Shown here: one piece after another, positions 28,806-38,726 of the stretch
How the letters are laid out: every line of letters begins with the position of its first letter
Numbering within the stretch: position 1 is the first letter of the stretch
IMG/VR virus record: IMGVR_UViG_3300032893_000010
Location: 32,001 to 96,000 of that record
DNA: 64,000 bases
Direction: 5' to 3' (one strand)
Source of the DNA: a virus
The notes under the pieces: model-generated
Told to the model about the DNA's origin: nothing
Seen by the model: the letters and a program-made list of their open reading frames with translations, nothing else
Database searches by the model: none
Translations under genes and position numbers: made by a program

Positions 28806-29790
28806 CAGCATCACCATATCTGGGATCAGCTAGTTCTGGAATCAGTGATGCTAAAGTAAAAAGAGCTGGGTCATTGCCGGAAACAAGATATGGTTTCGAT
28901 GTTTATCCATGGTGGAATAACCTCAATGATAAAGTGGCTTATGAGAGGATGTTCGCTGAGGGTCTTCCGCAGAAGATGAGGATCGCTCAGGCTATGATCT
29001 CCCAGAATCCCTTAACACCCAATGATGAGATAAGACAGAATATGACTGTCCGTGGGACAACACCTAAGCAGGGATACCCTATCTCAGAGTTGACAATATC
29101 GCAAGTACTGAACCAGGAGTATCCTGGTCCTCAGGACAGAGTTAATACAACGTTGTGGAATGATTTCTCTGATTCTAACGGGGAGACTAATGCCACAGAA
29201 CGACCAGGAATATTCTTTTAAGGATTAGCTATGGCATATCCAGGACACAGATCATGCAACAGTGACATGCGCGCTGGCATGACAGATGGATCGTATAAGA
29301 AGGCCGCTCCTAACAGAGGCGGCGTGGTAGAATCTACTACGTTTGAGATAAGAAGGCAGATGTGCGGAATCTGGCATGGATTCAACGATACACCGATGAA
29401 GGTTCTTCCTGATGGAAGAACTGATCACCCTCCGTATTATGCAGATGTAGCATCAGAAGATGGAAGAGATAATTAATGAGCGTTATAACAGATTTAGAGC
29501 TAGAATTTGAAGCTTTATACGATAAAGCTAAGGTTGCAGTAGAAGAGGAGCTGGCCAGCCTTCACGTAGAGGCTCAGGCACTTGAGGCTAAGGTTAAGAC
29601 AGAACTTGTGCTGTTGCGTCAGAGAGCTGCTAACCTGGCATCTGATGCAGAAGTGGAAGCTGAGAAACTCGTTATCGAGGCCAAGCTGTTCCTTGACAAG
29701 GTAGTCAAGTGGATAGATGAAATCGAGGGAAAGCTTTCCACGAGAGTCAAGGATTACAATACGGGAGCGAAGTTCGAAGATGAAAGGTAA
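28802..29790 (+). CDS. Three hypothetical proteins (28802-29221, 29231-29476, 29476-29790 coiled-coil)
   Basis: ORF track, start/stop overlaps. Confidence 0.65.
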
Positions 29791-29989
29791 TCCGGTAAGA
29801 TTGGGTGTTACGATAGGAACAGTCGTTACCCTTATATCTTCAGTGTTCATGTTCATTTTTCACAAGCAGTTGCCATCAGAAGTAGTGGCATTCCTGCCAG
29901 CAATCGTAGCTTTCGTAGGTCACTATCTTGGCGTAAACTTTGCCATGACAAGAGCGGCAAAGCAGCTTATAGAAGAAGATGCTAACTAA
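29780..29989 (+). CDS. Two-TM membrane protein (holin-like)
   Basis: Two hydrophobic segments and a charged C-terminus. Confidence 0.5.
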   Translation: MKGNPVRLGVTIGTVVTLISSVFMFIFHKQLPSEVVAFLPAIVAFVGHYLGVNFAMTRAAKQLIEEDAN

Positions 29990-30130
29990 AGAAATAGTAG
30001 AAAAAGCATTAGAGGAATTGTGGAATCCTACTCCACCTTGGCCCGGCAGACCATGTAAACATGTGGTGCTTGGGCCATGTCCTTTATGTAACGAAGAATA
30101 TCGGGAAAATAAAAAATAAAGGAGCATTAA

Positions 30131-30355
30131 ATGACTAAAGAAGATTTAGATAACAGGTTCAAGTTTCATCCTGCTGTTACTGAGGAGAGAAAGACAGCTC
30201 ATGAGACTGTAAGGGAACTAGTAGGAGATTTAGCTTCAGAGCTTAATGATTACCTTCCTGAGGGCAGGGAGAAAGCACTAGTAATTACTAAGCTGGAAGA
30301 GGCAATGTTCTGGTCTAATGCAGCGATTGCAAGACAGGCTGATGAGAGAGTATAA
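30131..30355 (+). CDS. Acb2/Tad1-like helical hairpin protein (candidate anti-defence sponge)
   Basis: NRFKFHP...HETVR...LPEGREKALVITKLEEAMFWSNAAIAR. Confidence 0.7.
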   Translation: MTKEDLDNRFKFHPAVTEERKTAHETVRELVGDLASELNDYLPEGREKALVITKLEEAMFWSNAAIARQADERV

Positions 30356-30522
30356 AGAGATAGACATCGTTCTACCAGATGACATTAAGCAGCAAATAAG
30401 AGAGTGGCATGATTCTGATACAGTAGTAGGACTGTGCTGTAATGCTCACGGCGAAGGGCTTAATTGCTGTGTTGATTTCTTACTTGGTGATGCTAGCTGG
30501 AGGAAGGATTTCCTGAAGCAGG

Positions 30523-31038
30523 ATGGATAACAAGGTAAGGTTGCTGATCTGCACTGGCTGTGGTGCCATTGAGGAAATGCCTTCATACGAAGGTCCGTGG
30601 CAGCATGACACATGGCTCAATGAGAAACTTAAGAATCATATGCTGCCATCAGGTGAGAAAACTCACGGCGATGTTCACATAGGCCATGCCGAGCAGAATA
30701 AGTGGATTAACCACAGGGAATCCATAGTTGCCCAGGCAGCTAATGAGTTCACCATGCCAGGGCAAGGAGCAGGACTTGGACAATCATTCTATGACACAAA
30801 ATCAAATTTCTCAGTTGACGCACATAGATGCTGGAAAGATCACGGAAGAACATCAAACTGTGACGATTACAGATCAGATAAGAAACGACTATTACCTGAC
30901 ACAAGGCAGGAAAGAAGAGAACTTGGTATTGATCCGAAGCATAGGCCCAATATATTTCTATGCGACTTCTGCCCCTACAACTCAGTAGTAATGCAACGCC
31001 AGAGACGGGATAAGTTTGATTACGACTATACTACGTGA
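30523..31038 (+). CDS. Hypothetical Cys-rich protein
   Basis: RLLIC..C, DA..CW..H.R...CDDYRSDKKRL, LCDFCP. Confidence 0.75.
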   Translation: MDNKVRLLICTGCGAIEEMPSYEGPWQHDTWLNEKLKNHMLPSGEKTHGDVHIGHAEQNKWINHRESIVAQAANEFTMPGQGAGLGQSFYDTKSNFSVDAHRCWKDHGRTSNCDDYRSDKKRLLPDTRQERRELGIDPKHRPNIFLCDFCPYNSVVMQRQRRDKFDYDYTT

Positions 31039-31190
31039 TCCGAAGCAAATAGAAAAATATTTAGAAGAATCAAGGAAAAAGCGCATTGCTAGCGGTCAGT
31101 ACGAGCCAGAGCCATATTCAGATTGCAGATTTGAATATTGCAGTTACCCGCCAGGCAAGTGTCCTCATCCAGAATAAGGAGAATTAACAG

Positions 31191-31556
31191 ATGCCAGCAG
31201 TACTTTTAGGCGAGAAAGACGTTACAGAGAACCCTAAGCCAGGATCGGTTGAGTATGAATCGACTACGGTAGACCCTAAGTCACATACTCACAGGTCTGC
31301 TTTCATGATCTTAGTTGACAAGGATGGTAATTACATCCTGGAGACAAATATAAACGTTCCTGTGATACCGGAGAGGAGTCCGACAGGTTCAGAGATCAAA
31401 GGTGCCTTGTCAACTATCCTCATGGATATACAGACACAGGAAACAGCTATCTTGTCTGCTAATGCTGTAGTTGCAGGCATGGAGCAGAGAGCAAGGCAGG
31501 CGTTTGAGCAGCAGCAGAATCAGCAGATTCTACAGCAGATGAGAATGTCTAAGTAA
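31191..31556 (+). CDS. Hypothetical protein
   Basis: AGGAG RBS; Gln-rich C-terminus. Confidence 0.7.
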   Translation: MPAVLLGEKDVTENPKPGSVEYESTTVDPKSHTHRSAFMILVDKDGNYILETNINVPVIPERSPTGSEIKGALSTILMDIQTQETAILSANAVVAGMEQRARQAFEQQQNQQILQQMRMSK

Positions 31557-31696
31557 GTGTCGGACAAGAAAAAATCTGAAAAAACCGATAAAGATCAGGA
31601 TACTGCTAAAGAAGAAAATAAGGTAGTTACTGTTGGTCCTTACCCGCCAGAAGATTATCCTGAAAACTGGCCTTCTGAGAGAGATGGAAACTCTAA

Positions 31697-32200
31697 GTGG
31701 CGGTATCGTCGGTAGTCATTACCGTGGAAGGGGTATTGAAGAAGCATGTTGCTGACGCCCCTATCCCAGTCGGCATAGCTTTATATCACGGACTGGCTAA
31801 TACTTTCAATGTGCTGCTAGCTGCTGATATGGAAAAGAAAGAACTTGACAGATGGTGTGCTCTGGAGGGATTGAACAAGCACGCCGCAGTTGAGCATAAT
31901 GAGGGAATAATAAAGAGCTTTGATCCTGATTTCAGAAGGTTACAGCAGGTCAAGAATCTCAGGCAGCGAGGGTATAGCATAGATCTTGTTATAGAGCCGA
32001 ATCCTTCTATAGTGGTTAAGCTGCTGGAGCATGGTTTCAGTTGCATGACGTATACGCATGCAAGCTATTCCATGCCTCAGTGGCGCCCTGACTATCAGCA
32101 TAAGATCAGGCCGTGGGATGACATTCTGGACTACGAGATAAAAATGGCTGAGCTGAGGGCTATAGAAGAGATTTCCAAGGAGGACAAGGATAATCGATGA
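31697..32200 (+). CDS. Degenerate HAD-like protein
   Basis: VITVEGVL...PI..GIALY; coupled (ATGA) to the TGT-like gene. Confidence 0.55.
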   Translation: MAVSSVVITVEGVLKKHVADAPIPVGIALYHGLANTFNVLLAADMEKKELDRWCALEGLNKHAAVEHNEGIIKSFDPDFRRLQQVKNLRQRGYSIDLVIEPNPSIVVKLLEHGFSCMTYTHASYSMPQWRPDYQHKIRPWDDILDYEIKMAELRAIEEISKEDKDNR

Positions 32201-33657
32201 AGCTCTATTTCAGCGGGGCAGAGATACCAGCATGGAAGAAACTGCTGGAAAATCAGAAGATTCCGTGTGTGTCTCTGTCCTACCTTGGTCTTAGCAGGAG
32301 AACTAAGCAATCTCTCAAGGGAATGTTCTCTGCCCAGGAAGTATTCCTGGATTCTGGAGGATACAGCTATAACAAAGGAGAAGAGAAGTATGCTTTCGAG
32401 GATGCCCTTGAGTTTGCGGCACAATACATGGATTTCGTTAAAGAGAATATCGATTCCGTGTCTCTTGTATCTGAGTTTGATGCTGTTCAGCTTGGCGATG
32501 ACTTTATCCAGAAGTTCAGGGAAGATTTTTATTCTCGGCTACCACCTGAGAAGTTCATGCCAGTGTGGCATGAACGGGATGGAAGAGAAGCTCTGGAAGC
32601 GCTTTGCTCATCTTATTCCGTAGTAGGGGTAAGCCAGAATGATATTCACGGTAATCTGGATGATGTTCCTCTTCTTAATTCATTCTCAAGAAGATACGGG
32701 ACAAGACTTCATGGTGTTGGTATCACATCCATGAGGCTTATGGAGGCAGTAAAATGGGATTCGGTCTCTTCTACATCGTGGCTTACACCGTCTAAGTACG
32801 GAGATACTTTCGTATGGGATAAACGTAAGCTGCACAGATATCCTAGAGATTACAAGAATAAGAGGAAGCAGCACAGAAGCTTGTTCATGGACAACGGCTT
32901 TGACTATGAGAAGATAGAAAATGACGACTCACAGGAATTGTTAAGGTTATCTTTGTGGTCGTGGCAGAACTACGTCAACCATATTTCAGGAGTTACTACT
33001 CAAGTGAGGAACGAACCAGCGGAGTCTGAGGAAATGCTTTCAGGTGAAGTTGATATCCAGCAAGAATCAACAGGAAAAGAAGTTCTGGTATCTAGGGCTC
33101 ATCAGCCTATTCCTGTCATGTCTACTATGTGGAAAGAGGAGACGAATCTTGAAGATGACGCTGTAACTGCGATACCTCATCTCATAGTACGATCGGAATC
33201 TATGAGGGTGTGCGACAACTGTTTCATAAGAGATAAGTGTCCTGGAGCGCAGGAGAATTCAACTTGCCTTTATAACATCCCAGTAGAGGTGAAAACCAAG
33301 GATCAGCTAAGATCTTTGCATGATGCACTCATAGAAATACAATCTCAGAGGGTTCTTTTCATGAAAATGGCTGAAGATATGAGCGGAGGGTACGCAGATC
33401 CTAACCTATCGTCAGAAATTGACAGGCTTAACCGGATGATAAAGACTAAGATAGAGGGAGATAAGTCTACATTCGCAATGACTGTGACTGCATCGGAATC
33501 GTCATCAGGACCAGGGATATTTGATAAGATGTTCGGCCCAGCAGCAGGGGAGAAGCTTCGTCAGCTTGATACACCTCAAGATCCTGACTGTATTATCGCT
33601 GAGGTTCTTGACGAGAAAACTGATTATTCACCTGTCCCTCCAAGAAGAGGGGAGTAA
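32197..33657 (+). CDS. TGT/DpdA-like barrel fused to a Cys-rich C-terminal domain
   Basis: KLYFSG, FLDSGGYS, EFD, MPVWH, HGVGIT, DSVSSTSW; C-terminal CDNC...CP...C. Confidence 0.7.
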   Translation: MKLYFSGAEIPAWKKLLENQKIPCVSLSYLGLSRRTKQSLKGMFSAQEVFLDSGGYSYNKGEEKYAFEDALEFAAQYMDFVKENIDSVSLVSEFDAVQLGDDFIQKFREDFYSRLPPEKFMPVWHERDGREALEALCSSYSVVGVSQNDIHGNLDDVPLLNSFSRRYGTRLHGVGITSMRLMEAVKWDSVSSTSWLTPSKYGDTFVWDKRKLHRYPRDYKNKRKQHRSLFMDNGFDYEKIENDDSQELLRLSLWSWQNYVNHISGVTTQVRNEPAESEEMLSGEVDIQQESTGKEVLVSRAHQPIPVMSTMWKEETNLEDDAVTAIPHLIVRSESMRVCDNCFIRDKCPGAQENSTCLYNIPVEVKTKDQLRSLHDALIEIQSQRVLFMKMAEDMSGGYADPNLSSEIDRLNRMIKTKIEGDKSTFAMTVTASESSSGPGIFDKMFGPAAGEKLRQLDTPQDPDCIIAEVLDEKTDYSPVPPRRGE

Positions 33658-33668
33658 GTGGGCAGAGT

Positions 33669-33884
33669 ATGATTACAGGTGAAACTACTCTATCTAATTA
33701 TTCATCTTTTTACGAAGAATGGGATGAAGATGACGAATGGGAAGAGTGTACTTCTTGTTACGGAACTGGCATGGACAGAGATGAGATCTACGATTGTCCT
33801 GCCTGTTACGGTGAAGGGGAAGTAAGAATATACAGCTCAAGAATAACCCCGGAAATTTCTGTCCCTCAGCCCTTGACAACCTAG
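33669..33884 (+). CDS. DnaJ-type zinc-finger microprotein
   Basis: CTSCYGTG...CPACYGEG. Confidence 0.7.
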   Translation: MITGETTLSNYSSFYEEWDEDDEWEECTSCYGTGMDRDEIYDCPACYGEGEVRIYSSRITPEISVPQPLTT

Positions 33885-33901
33885 GTGGCGCGTGATAATC
33901 T
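33873..33901 (+). promoter_or_regulatory. SigA/HrdB-type promoter
   Basis: TTGACA-N17-TAATCT with extended -10 TG. Confidence 0.75.
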
Positions 33902-33907
33902 CCTTGC

Positions 33908-35510
33908 ATGACACAAGGAGGACAGATGGAACTGTCAGACATACCGCAGAAGATCATCGATGGGATTCTCGATTTTACTGATGAAAGGCCACAGTTTACC
34001 TCTGTGGCAGTAAGAACAGATGGTATCGGAGGATGGCATCTTCAGTACTGCAAATCTGTACACGGAGCAGAACAGATCACTGGCGGCCAGAATAATACTC
34101 TGGTAATCAATGTTACGGAGGAATCATGAGCGAAGAGATGTCAAACTCAAGATTCGGTCAGGTAATAGGTGGCGCAATAGCTATCATGACCACAGGTTTC
34201 CTGGGATTGCACTTCGGCCTGGGACTAGGATATAACAACGGTAACCAGCAAGACACGCAGCCTGATGCTTATCCAGCTAACATATGCGGCAATTCAGGTC
34301 CAGGATGGATTTACTTTCCTGATGTCGATGGAAGCCTGGTTGGCGGTCACCGTGTCAGGAATGTGGAATCATGCTCGGGAGAATATTACGCTTACGTTTT
34401 CCTGACTTCCAGTACTCCTGTTGTTCTCAGCGGAGAATACATGTTCTGCAAGACAAAGAACTGCAAGGGGAATTAGATGTCATTCGTAGTGACTCAGAAA
34501 ATGAAGGATGAGGCGAAGCAGGCTCTTCATCATCGTAAGTACCCTCTTCCTACTCACGTCCTGTTCTATCAGTATGAGGGACAAGACTGGGAATACGTGT
34601 TCTGCAAGAACTATACTCAGGCACAAGATGTCAGAGACAAGTCAGATCTTAACGCTGAGAATTCATCTATCATCAGCGTGTATACGCTCTAAGGAGGGTG
34701 TATAGTGAAACATTACCTGCAATTGACGTATGACGAGCATCGCTCATGCAAGACCATACGGCAGACTATTCAGGATGCCAGGAATGAGGCGGTAGAGTTT
34801 TTCATGCCTGACTATCCTGATAGTTCTCTTGAGCTGCAAGTCAGCGTCAGCAAGACCTGGACTATTGCTGACGGCAAAAGGATATCCAGGCAGATAGCTA
34901 ATGTATCAGTTACTTACGACACAGAGAAGGATGTTATAGGACGTGTTAAGACCGGCGGAAAGAGCATCCCAGTACCATCTTACTAGCTGCATGGTGTGCA
35001 GTAGCCCGAGGATAAAAGAGTTATCCTCGGGAAGGTTCAGGTGCAAGGATTGCGGAGCCGTATCTACAGTTTAGGGAGCGTAATGAAGAAACTAGCAGAA
35101 CTTCTCTTGTCGAAGATTGACAAGAGAAAATGGAAGAAGTTCAAGGGGATCTGATGAAACCAGATCCAGATCTCATGTAAGAAACAGGAGTTAACATGAA
35201 TACCAGTCGCGGCAGATACCTGGCTGAGTTGAGGAGGTCTAACGCGGCTGGTATCCATTCATCAGTACGTTGCAGGTCGTCTATTGAGGAAAATGCTATC
35301 AAGGAGGAAATAATGTCTTATCTTGACGAGGATTACTCTAACGTCACTTTTGCTGACTTCGGCATGGGCAGAGAGCCCACCGAGGACGAACTTGACGATA
35401 TCGAGGCTGAAGAGTATGAGCCTGATGACCCGACAAGTTATAATGATCCTGCTCTCATCTATGACGAAGAGGATCTTTATCCCTATGATAGTGAATACGA
35501 TCGTTACTGA
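33908..35510 (+). CDS. Small hypothetical genes (33908-34129, 34126-34476 membrane-anchored, 34477-34692, 34705-34986, 35196-35510 acidic)
   Basis: ORF track with RBSs/overlaps. Confidence 0.6.
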
Positions 35511-35560
35511 CGTATACTTGTAATAAGCTTCCGCATCGAGGTTGCTCGGAAAGGAAGCAA

Positions 35561-36217
35561 ATGATAAAACTGAAAACGATATTCCAGAGTATGGCAATAG
35601 TAGTATGTACAGTTCTTATGTGCGTTCCTGGCCCTGCTCATGCCGCTACTTTAGCGGCATTTGATGGTCCTGGGGTGTCAGTCAATATTGAATCGGTTTA
35701 TCCTGCATATGTGGTGAGGTCCGGTGATACATTGACTGGGATAGCACGTAAGTATGATCTTCCCTGGCAGGGAGTATGGTGCGCCAACTACAAGGTAATA
35801 GGATCTGATCCTGATATCTTGAGAATCGGTGAATTGCTGGTAATGAAATCGGCATCATGCTCAGCCTATCAGGGGTATGCGAATGCATCTAATACTATAG
35901 CAGCATCGGAATACAACACGACAGGCACACCACAGCATATAGCGTGGGTACTTCTGGCTAGTTACGGAGGGAACAGGCCGGTACAATATGCCTGTCTTAA
36001 CTATATAATCATGGCTGAGTCAAGCTGGAGAGTTGAAGCAGAAAACGCCTCTGGTGCTTACGGGATACCTCAGGCACTACCAGGGTATAAGATGGGGCCA
36101 GGGTGGGAATATTCTGCGTACGTTCAGCTTCACTGGATGGTAAAAGAGTACATACCTGCGGTTTACGGGACACCATGCCACGCATGGTCATTTCACCTAG
36201 CCCATGGGTATTACTGA
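35561..36217 (+). CDS. Secreted LysM + lytic transglycosylase protein
   Basis: Signal peptide (PAHA), LysM YVVRSGDTLTGIA...DPD.L.IGE.L, ESSW...A.N.SGAYGIPQALPG. Confidence 0.9.
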   Translation: MIKLKTIFQSMAIVVCTVLMCVPGPAHAATLAAFDGPGVSVNIESVYPAYVVRSGDTLTGIARKYDLPWQGVWCANYKVIGSDPDILRIGELLVMKSASCSAYQGYANASNTIAASEYNTTGTPQHIAWVLLASYGGNRPVQYACLNYIIMAESSWRVEAENASGAYGIPQALPGYKMGPGWEYSAYVQLHWMVKEYIPAVYGTPCHAWSFHLAHGYY

Positions 36218-36292
36218 TCCAGTAAGCCATTAATCCAAAGAGCAACCAAAGATGACTCACACCGCAGCATACATATTTGATGCTGGGAAGAT

Positions 36293-36328
36293 CACCCCCC
36301 AGGATAATCCTGGGGGGTGTTTGATTTT
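36293..36328 (+). terminator. Intrinsic terminator
   Basis: CACCCCCCAGGAT-A-ATCCTGGGGGGTG followed by TTTGATTTT. Confidence 0.75.
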
Positions 36329-36575
36329 AAGGAGAGATAATGTTAAAGAAGTTTGAGGTTGTGGTTTGCTTCGATGGCAGTACTATCGACACGCAAGATG
36401 ATATGTACTTTTTTTATAAGAATGCGAAGAGGGCAGCAGACAGGATAAACGGAAGTTACAGGGATCTTCCCTATCCCGTGGCACAGATCAGGAAAAACGG
36501 ACATTTCAGTCATCGCGGCGCAAAGAAGGCATAGGCCCCATCCTGCCCCGTGACTGATCTGTTACACCTCCCCTC

Positions 36576-36604
36576 TTGACAGGCCCCACCGGGCACGATA
36601 TCTT
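36576..36604 (+). promoter_or_regulatory. SigA/HrdB-type promoter
   Basis: TTGACA-N17-TATCTT. Confidence 0.65.
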
Positions 36605-36867
36605 ACCGTAGTCACGTTCGATTTAGCGGTTACATTCCCGCTTGTATCACGCTAACTTAATAATGGGAGGAAAAATGGGTATCAGAGTCAAGCCTTCATT
36701 CCATGGTTTTCCTGAGATTCCCGGAACCTATTCCGCTGTCATCGATGACAAAGAGGATCTCACTCAGGATGAAAACGGAATCTACAGGCTTCCTTATATT
36801 TACGATCCCTCTGGTAATAGCCCTTTTACCGTAAATGTAGGGATTTTCTCTTAGTCTCATAAGCTTC

Positions 36868-36914
36868 AATACGGGGATGGGGTTATTTTCTGCCTCATCC
36901 CCGTATTTATTTCT
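36868..36914 (+). terminator. Intrinsic terminator
   Basis: AATACGGGGATGGGG / CCTCATCCCCGTATT stem then T-rich tail. Confidence 0.7.
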
Positions 36915-36963
36915 CCTGACTTTTACTTGTTTCCGCAGGTCAGGGCATGCGAACAGGCGTTCG

Positions 36964-36979
36964 TGTGACGGGCGTCACA
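36964..36979. promoter_or_regulatory. CRP/GlxR-like site
   Basis: TGTGA-CGGGCG-TCACA, 11 bp upstream of TTGACA at 36991. Confidence 0.55.
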
Positions 36980-37072
36980 CTTAGGTCCGCTTGACATGGT
37001 GTGTCACGACGGGTTAACTGTGCGGGCCAGGAACATCACAACTTAATATGGCTCTCAAGGAAGGAGACAAAT

Positions 37073-37462
37073 ATGTCTTCTGTCATGGATCAGATAGGTG
37101 AACTACTAGATCAGTTCTATCTGGCCAAAAGCCGGACTAAGAACAGGTTCACTGACCGGGAGAGAAAGAACCTTCTCTCTAAACTGGAGCCCCTCATCAT
37201 CGAAGCAACATCAGCAGCGGAGATGGAAGAGGAGGAACAAGAGCCACAGTGGATAGCGGTGGACAAGGCAAGAGAAATGGAGATTCAGGGAGACACGCGA
37301 GATTCTGTAGTCTCAGCATGGGCAGAGTCCCTGGAGCTAGAGAAAGACAAGATCATCTCAACTCAGGTGGGAAATGCGTACTTCTACGCATACCCATCTA
37401 CGGACGAGCAAACAGATCTCTGGGTTGCTCGTATCGAGCACAGAGAAGAAATCGCAGCTTAA
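37073..37462 (+). CDS. Hypothetical protein
   Basis: AAGGAG RBS before ATG 37073; hairpin 37478-37503 downstream. Confidence 0.75.
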   Translation: MSSVMDQIGELLDQFYLAKSRTKNRFTDRERKNLLSKLEPLIIEATSAAEMEEEEQEPQWIAVDKAREMEIQGDTRDSVVSAWAESLELEKDKIISTQVGNAYFYAYPSTDEQTDLWVARIEHREEIAA

Positions 37463-37818
37463 GCAGAAGGATCGAATGATAAGGGGAGTCATCTCCCCTT
37501 ATCATCCTATGTCCCAGACCCTGACATAAGGAGATAGACGGCGGTGTTCCATCCACATCACTACACTAACAACGAAAACAGATACGGAATAATAAGTAAC
37601 GAGGACAAGTCTCGATGGTGTGTCTGGAGCATCAGCAACGACAACAAAGTCCTGACCTGGAATGATCCGTTCGAGCAGGCGTTTCATCTTACCGAACAAG
37701 AGCTTAACGTGGCTCTTGTGTGGATCACAGGTCAGCTTCTCAGAAGCCTAGTGTGAGCTTATATAAGATTCCCGCCCGTTTTGTCCGTTTCCCCGCGTTT
37801 CCGCAGGTAGATCGGGGG

Positions 37819-37847
37819 TTGACAGGCGGCCGGGGATCTTATATAGT
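37819..37847 (+). promoter_or_regulatory. SigA/HrdB-type promoter driving a long non-coding region
   Basis: TTGACA-N17-TATAGT. Confidence 0.75.
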
Positions 37848-38052
37848 TCTTCTCGTAGGCGGCGACGTCAATAAGTCCGCAGAAAAGAACTGAAAACTAA
37901 ACAAGGGAGATTAAAAATGCTCACTTTAAGTTAGTCAGAGAGTTCTTTCAAGAGCTAAACCTCTAGGGATTGACTGAAGACTAGAGTGAAAAAACTCAAA
38001 ACGGGCCAGGTATCGCAATCCTGCCTGGCCCACATGAAAAAGGATACAGAAT

Positions 38053-38168
38053 AAATCCTGAGTAAGGCGAAAAGGTTCGAATCCTTCTCACGCTGATCGA
38101 GACTGGAATGAGCTAGTTAACAGCTCTATCAAAGCGTATGGTGTAACAAGGGCATATGCTCAGGATTT
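38053..38168 (+). ncRNA. Circularly permuted tRNA mimic (YrlA/Y-RNA-like)
   Basis: 12-bp terminal stem enclosing T-arm AAGG-TTCGAAT-CCTT, closed acceptor-like stem ACGCT/AGCGT, then TG and D-arm GTGT-AACAAGG-GCAT. Confidence 0.65.
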
Positions 38169-38726
38169 CAAGCTTTCCCGTATCATTCATGTCAGGTAGC
38201 TTAATTCTTCAAGTACCGTGATGATCTCTATTACCTGGAGTCTGAGGGAAAGCCGGAATGGGCTCCAGGATGGCAGATGTACCTGTCTCAGGCATTCTGC
38301 TTTGGCATCGTCATGAGGTACAAGAATGATGATGATGATGATGATGTCCTGGAAGTAGGAAGCTATTTCATCTCATGAAAGACACTAGTACTCCAAAAAA
38401 ACGTTAGCTGTATCAAGTCTTACGCAAATGGATGAGCAAAAACTGACAGGATGACTATACTGTCTCTAACCATAGCCGCTGCTCCTGATCATACGTGACA
38501 GGAATGCTGCAACGGACAGTCAGTCATCAGTTCAGTAAGCTTCATCAGCCTCTCAGGTTAAGAAAAAGACGAGATACAGGGCTAGCAGGATTTAACATCC
38601 GTGGCTAGGTCAGCTAAAAGTGGGAAAGCCGTGAAAAGGTACTAGGATAAGGACCTACGGGATGATCGGCAAGCGGGATATGGGGTGAGGCCCGCATCAC
38701 TTACATTTAATTAACAGGAGGAAAAT

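Noticed and set aside
38327-38347. (GAT)n tract as a phase-variation switch
   Set aside because: Trinucleotide changes keep the frame; may simply encode poly-Asp in a ~33-aa ORF
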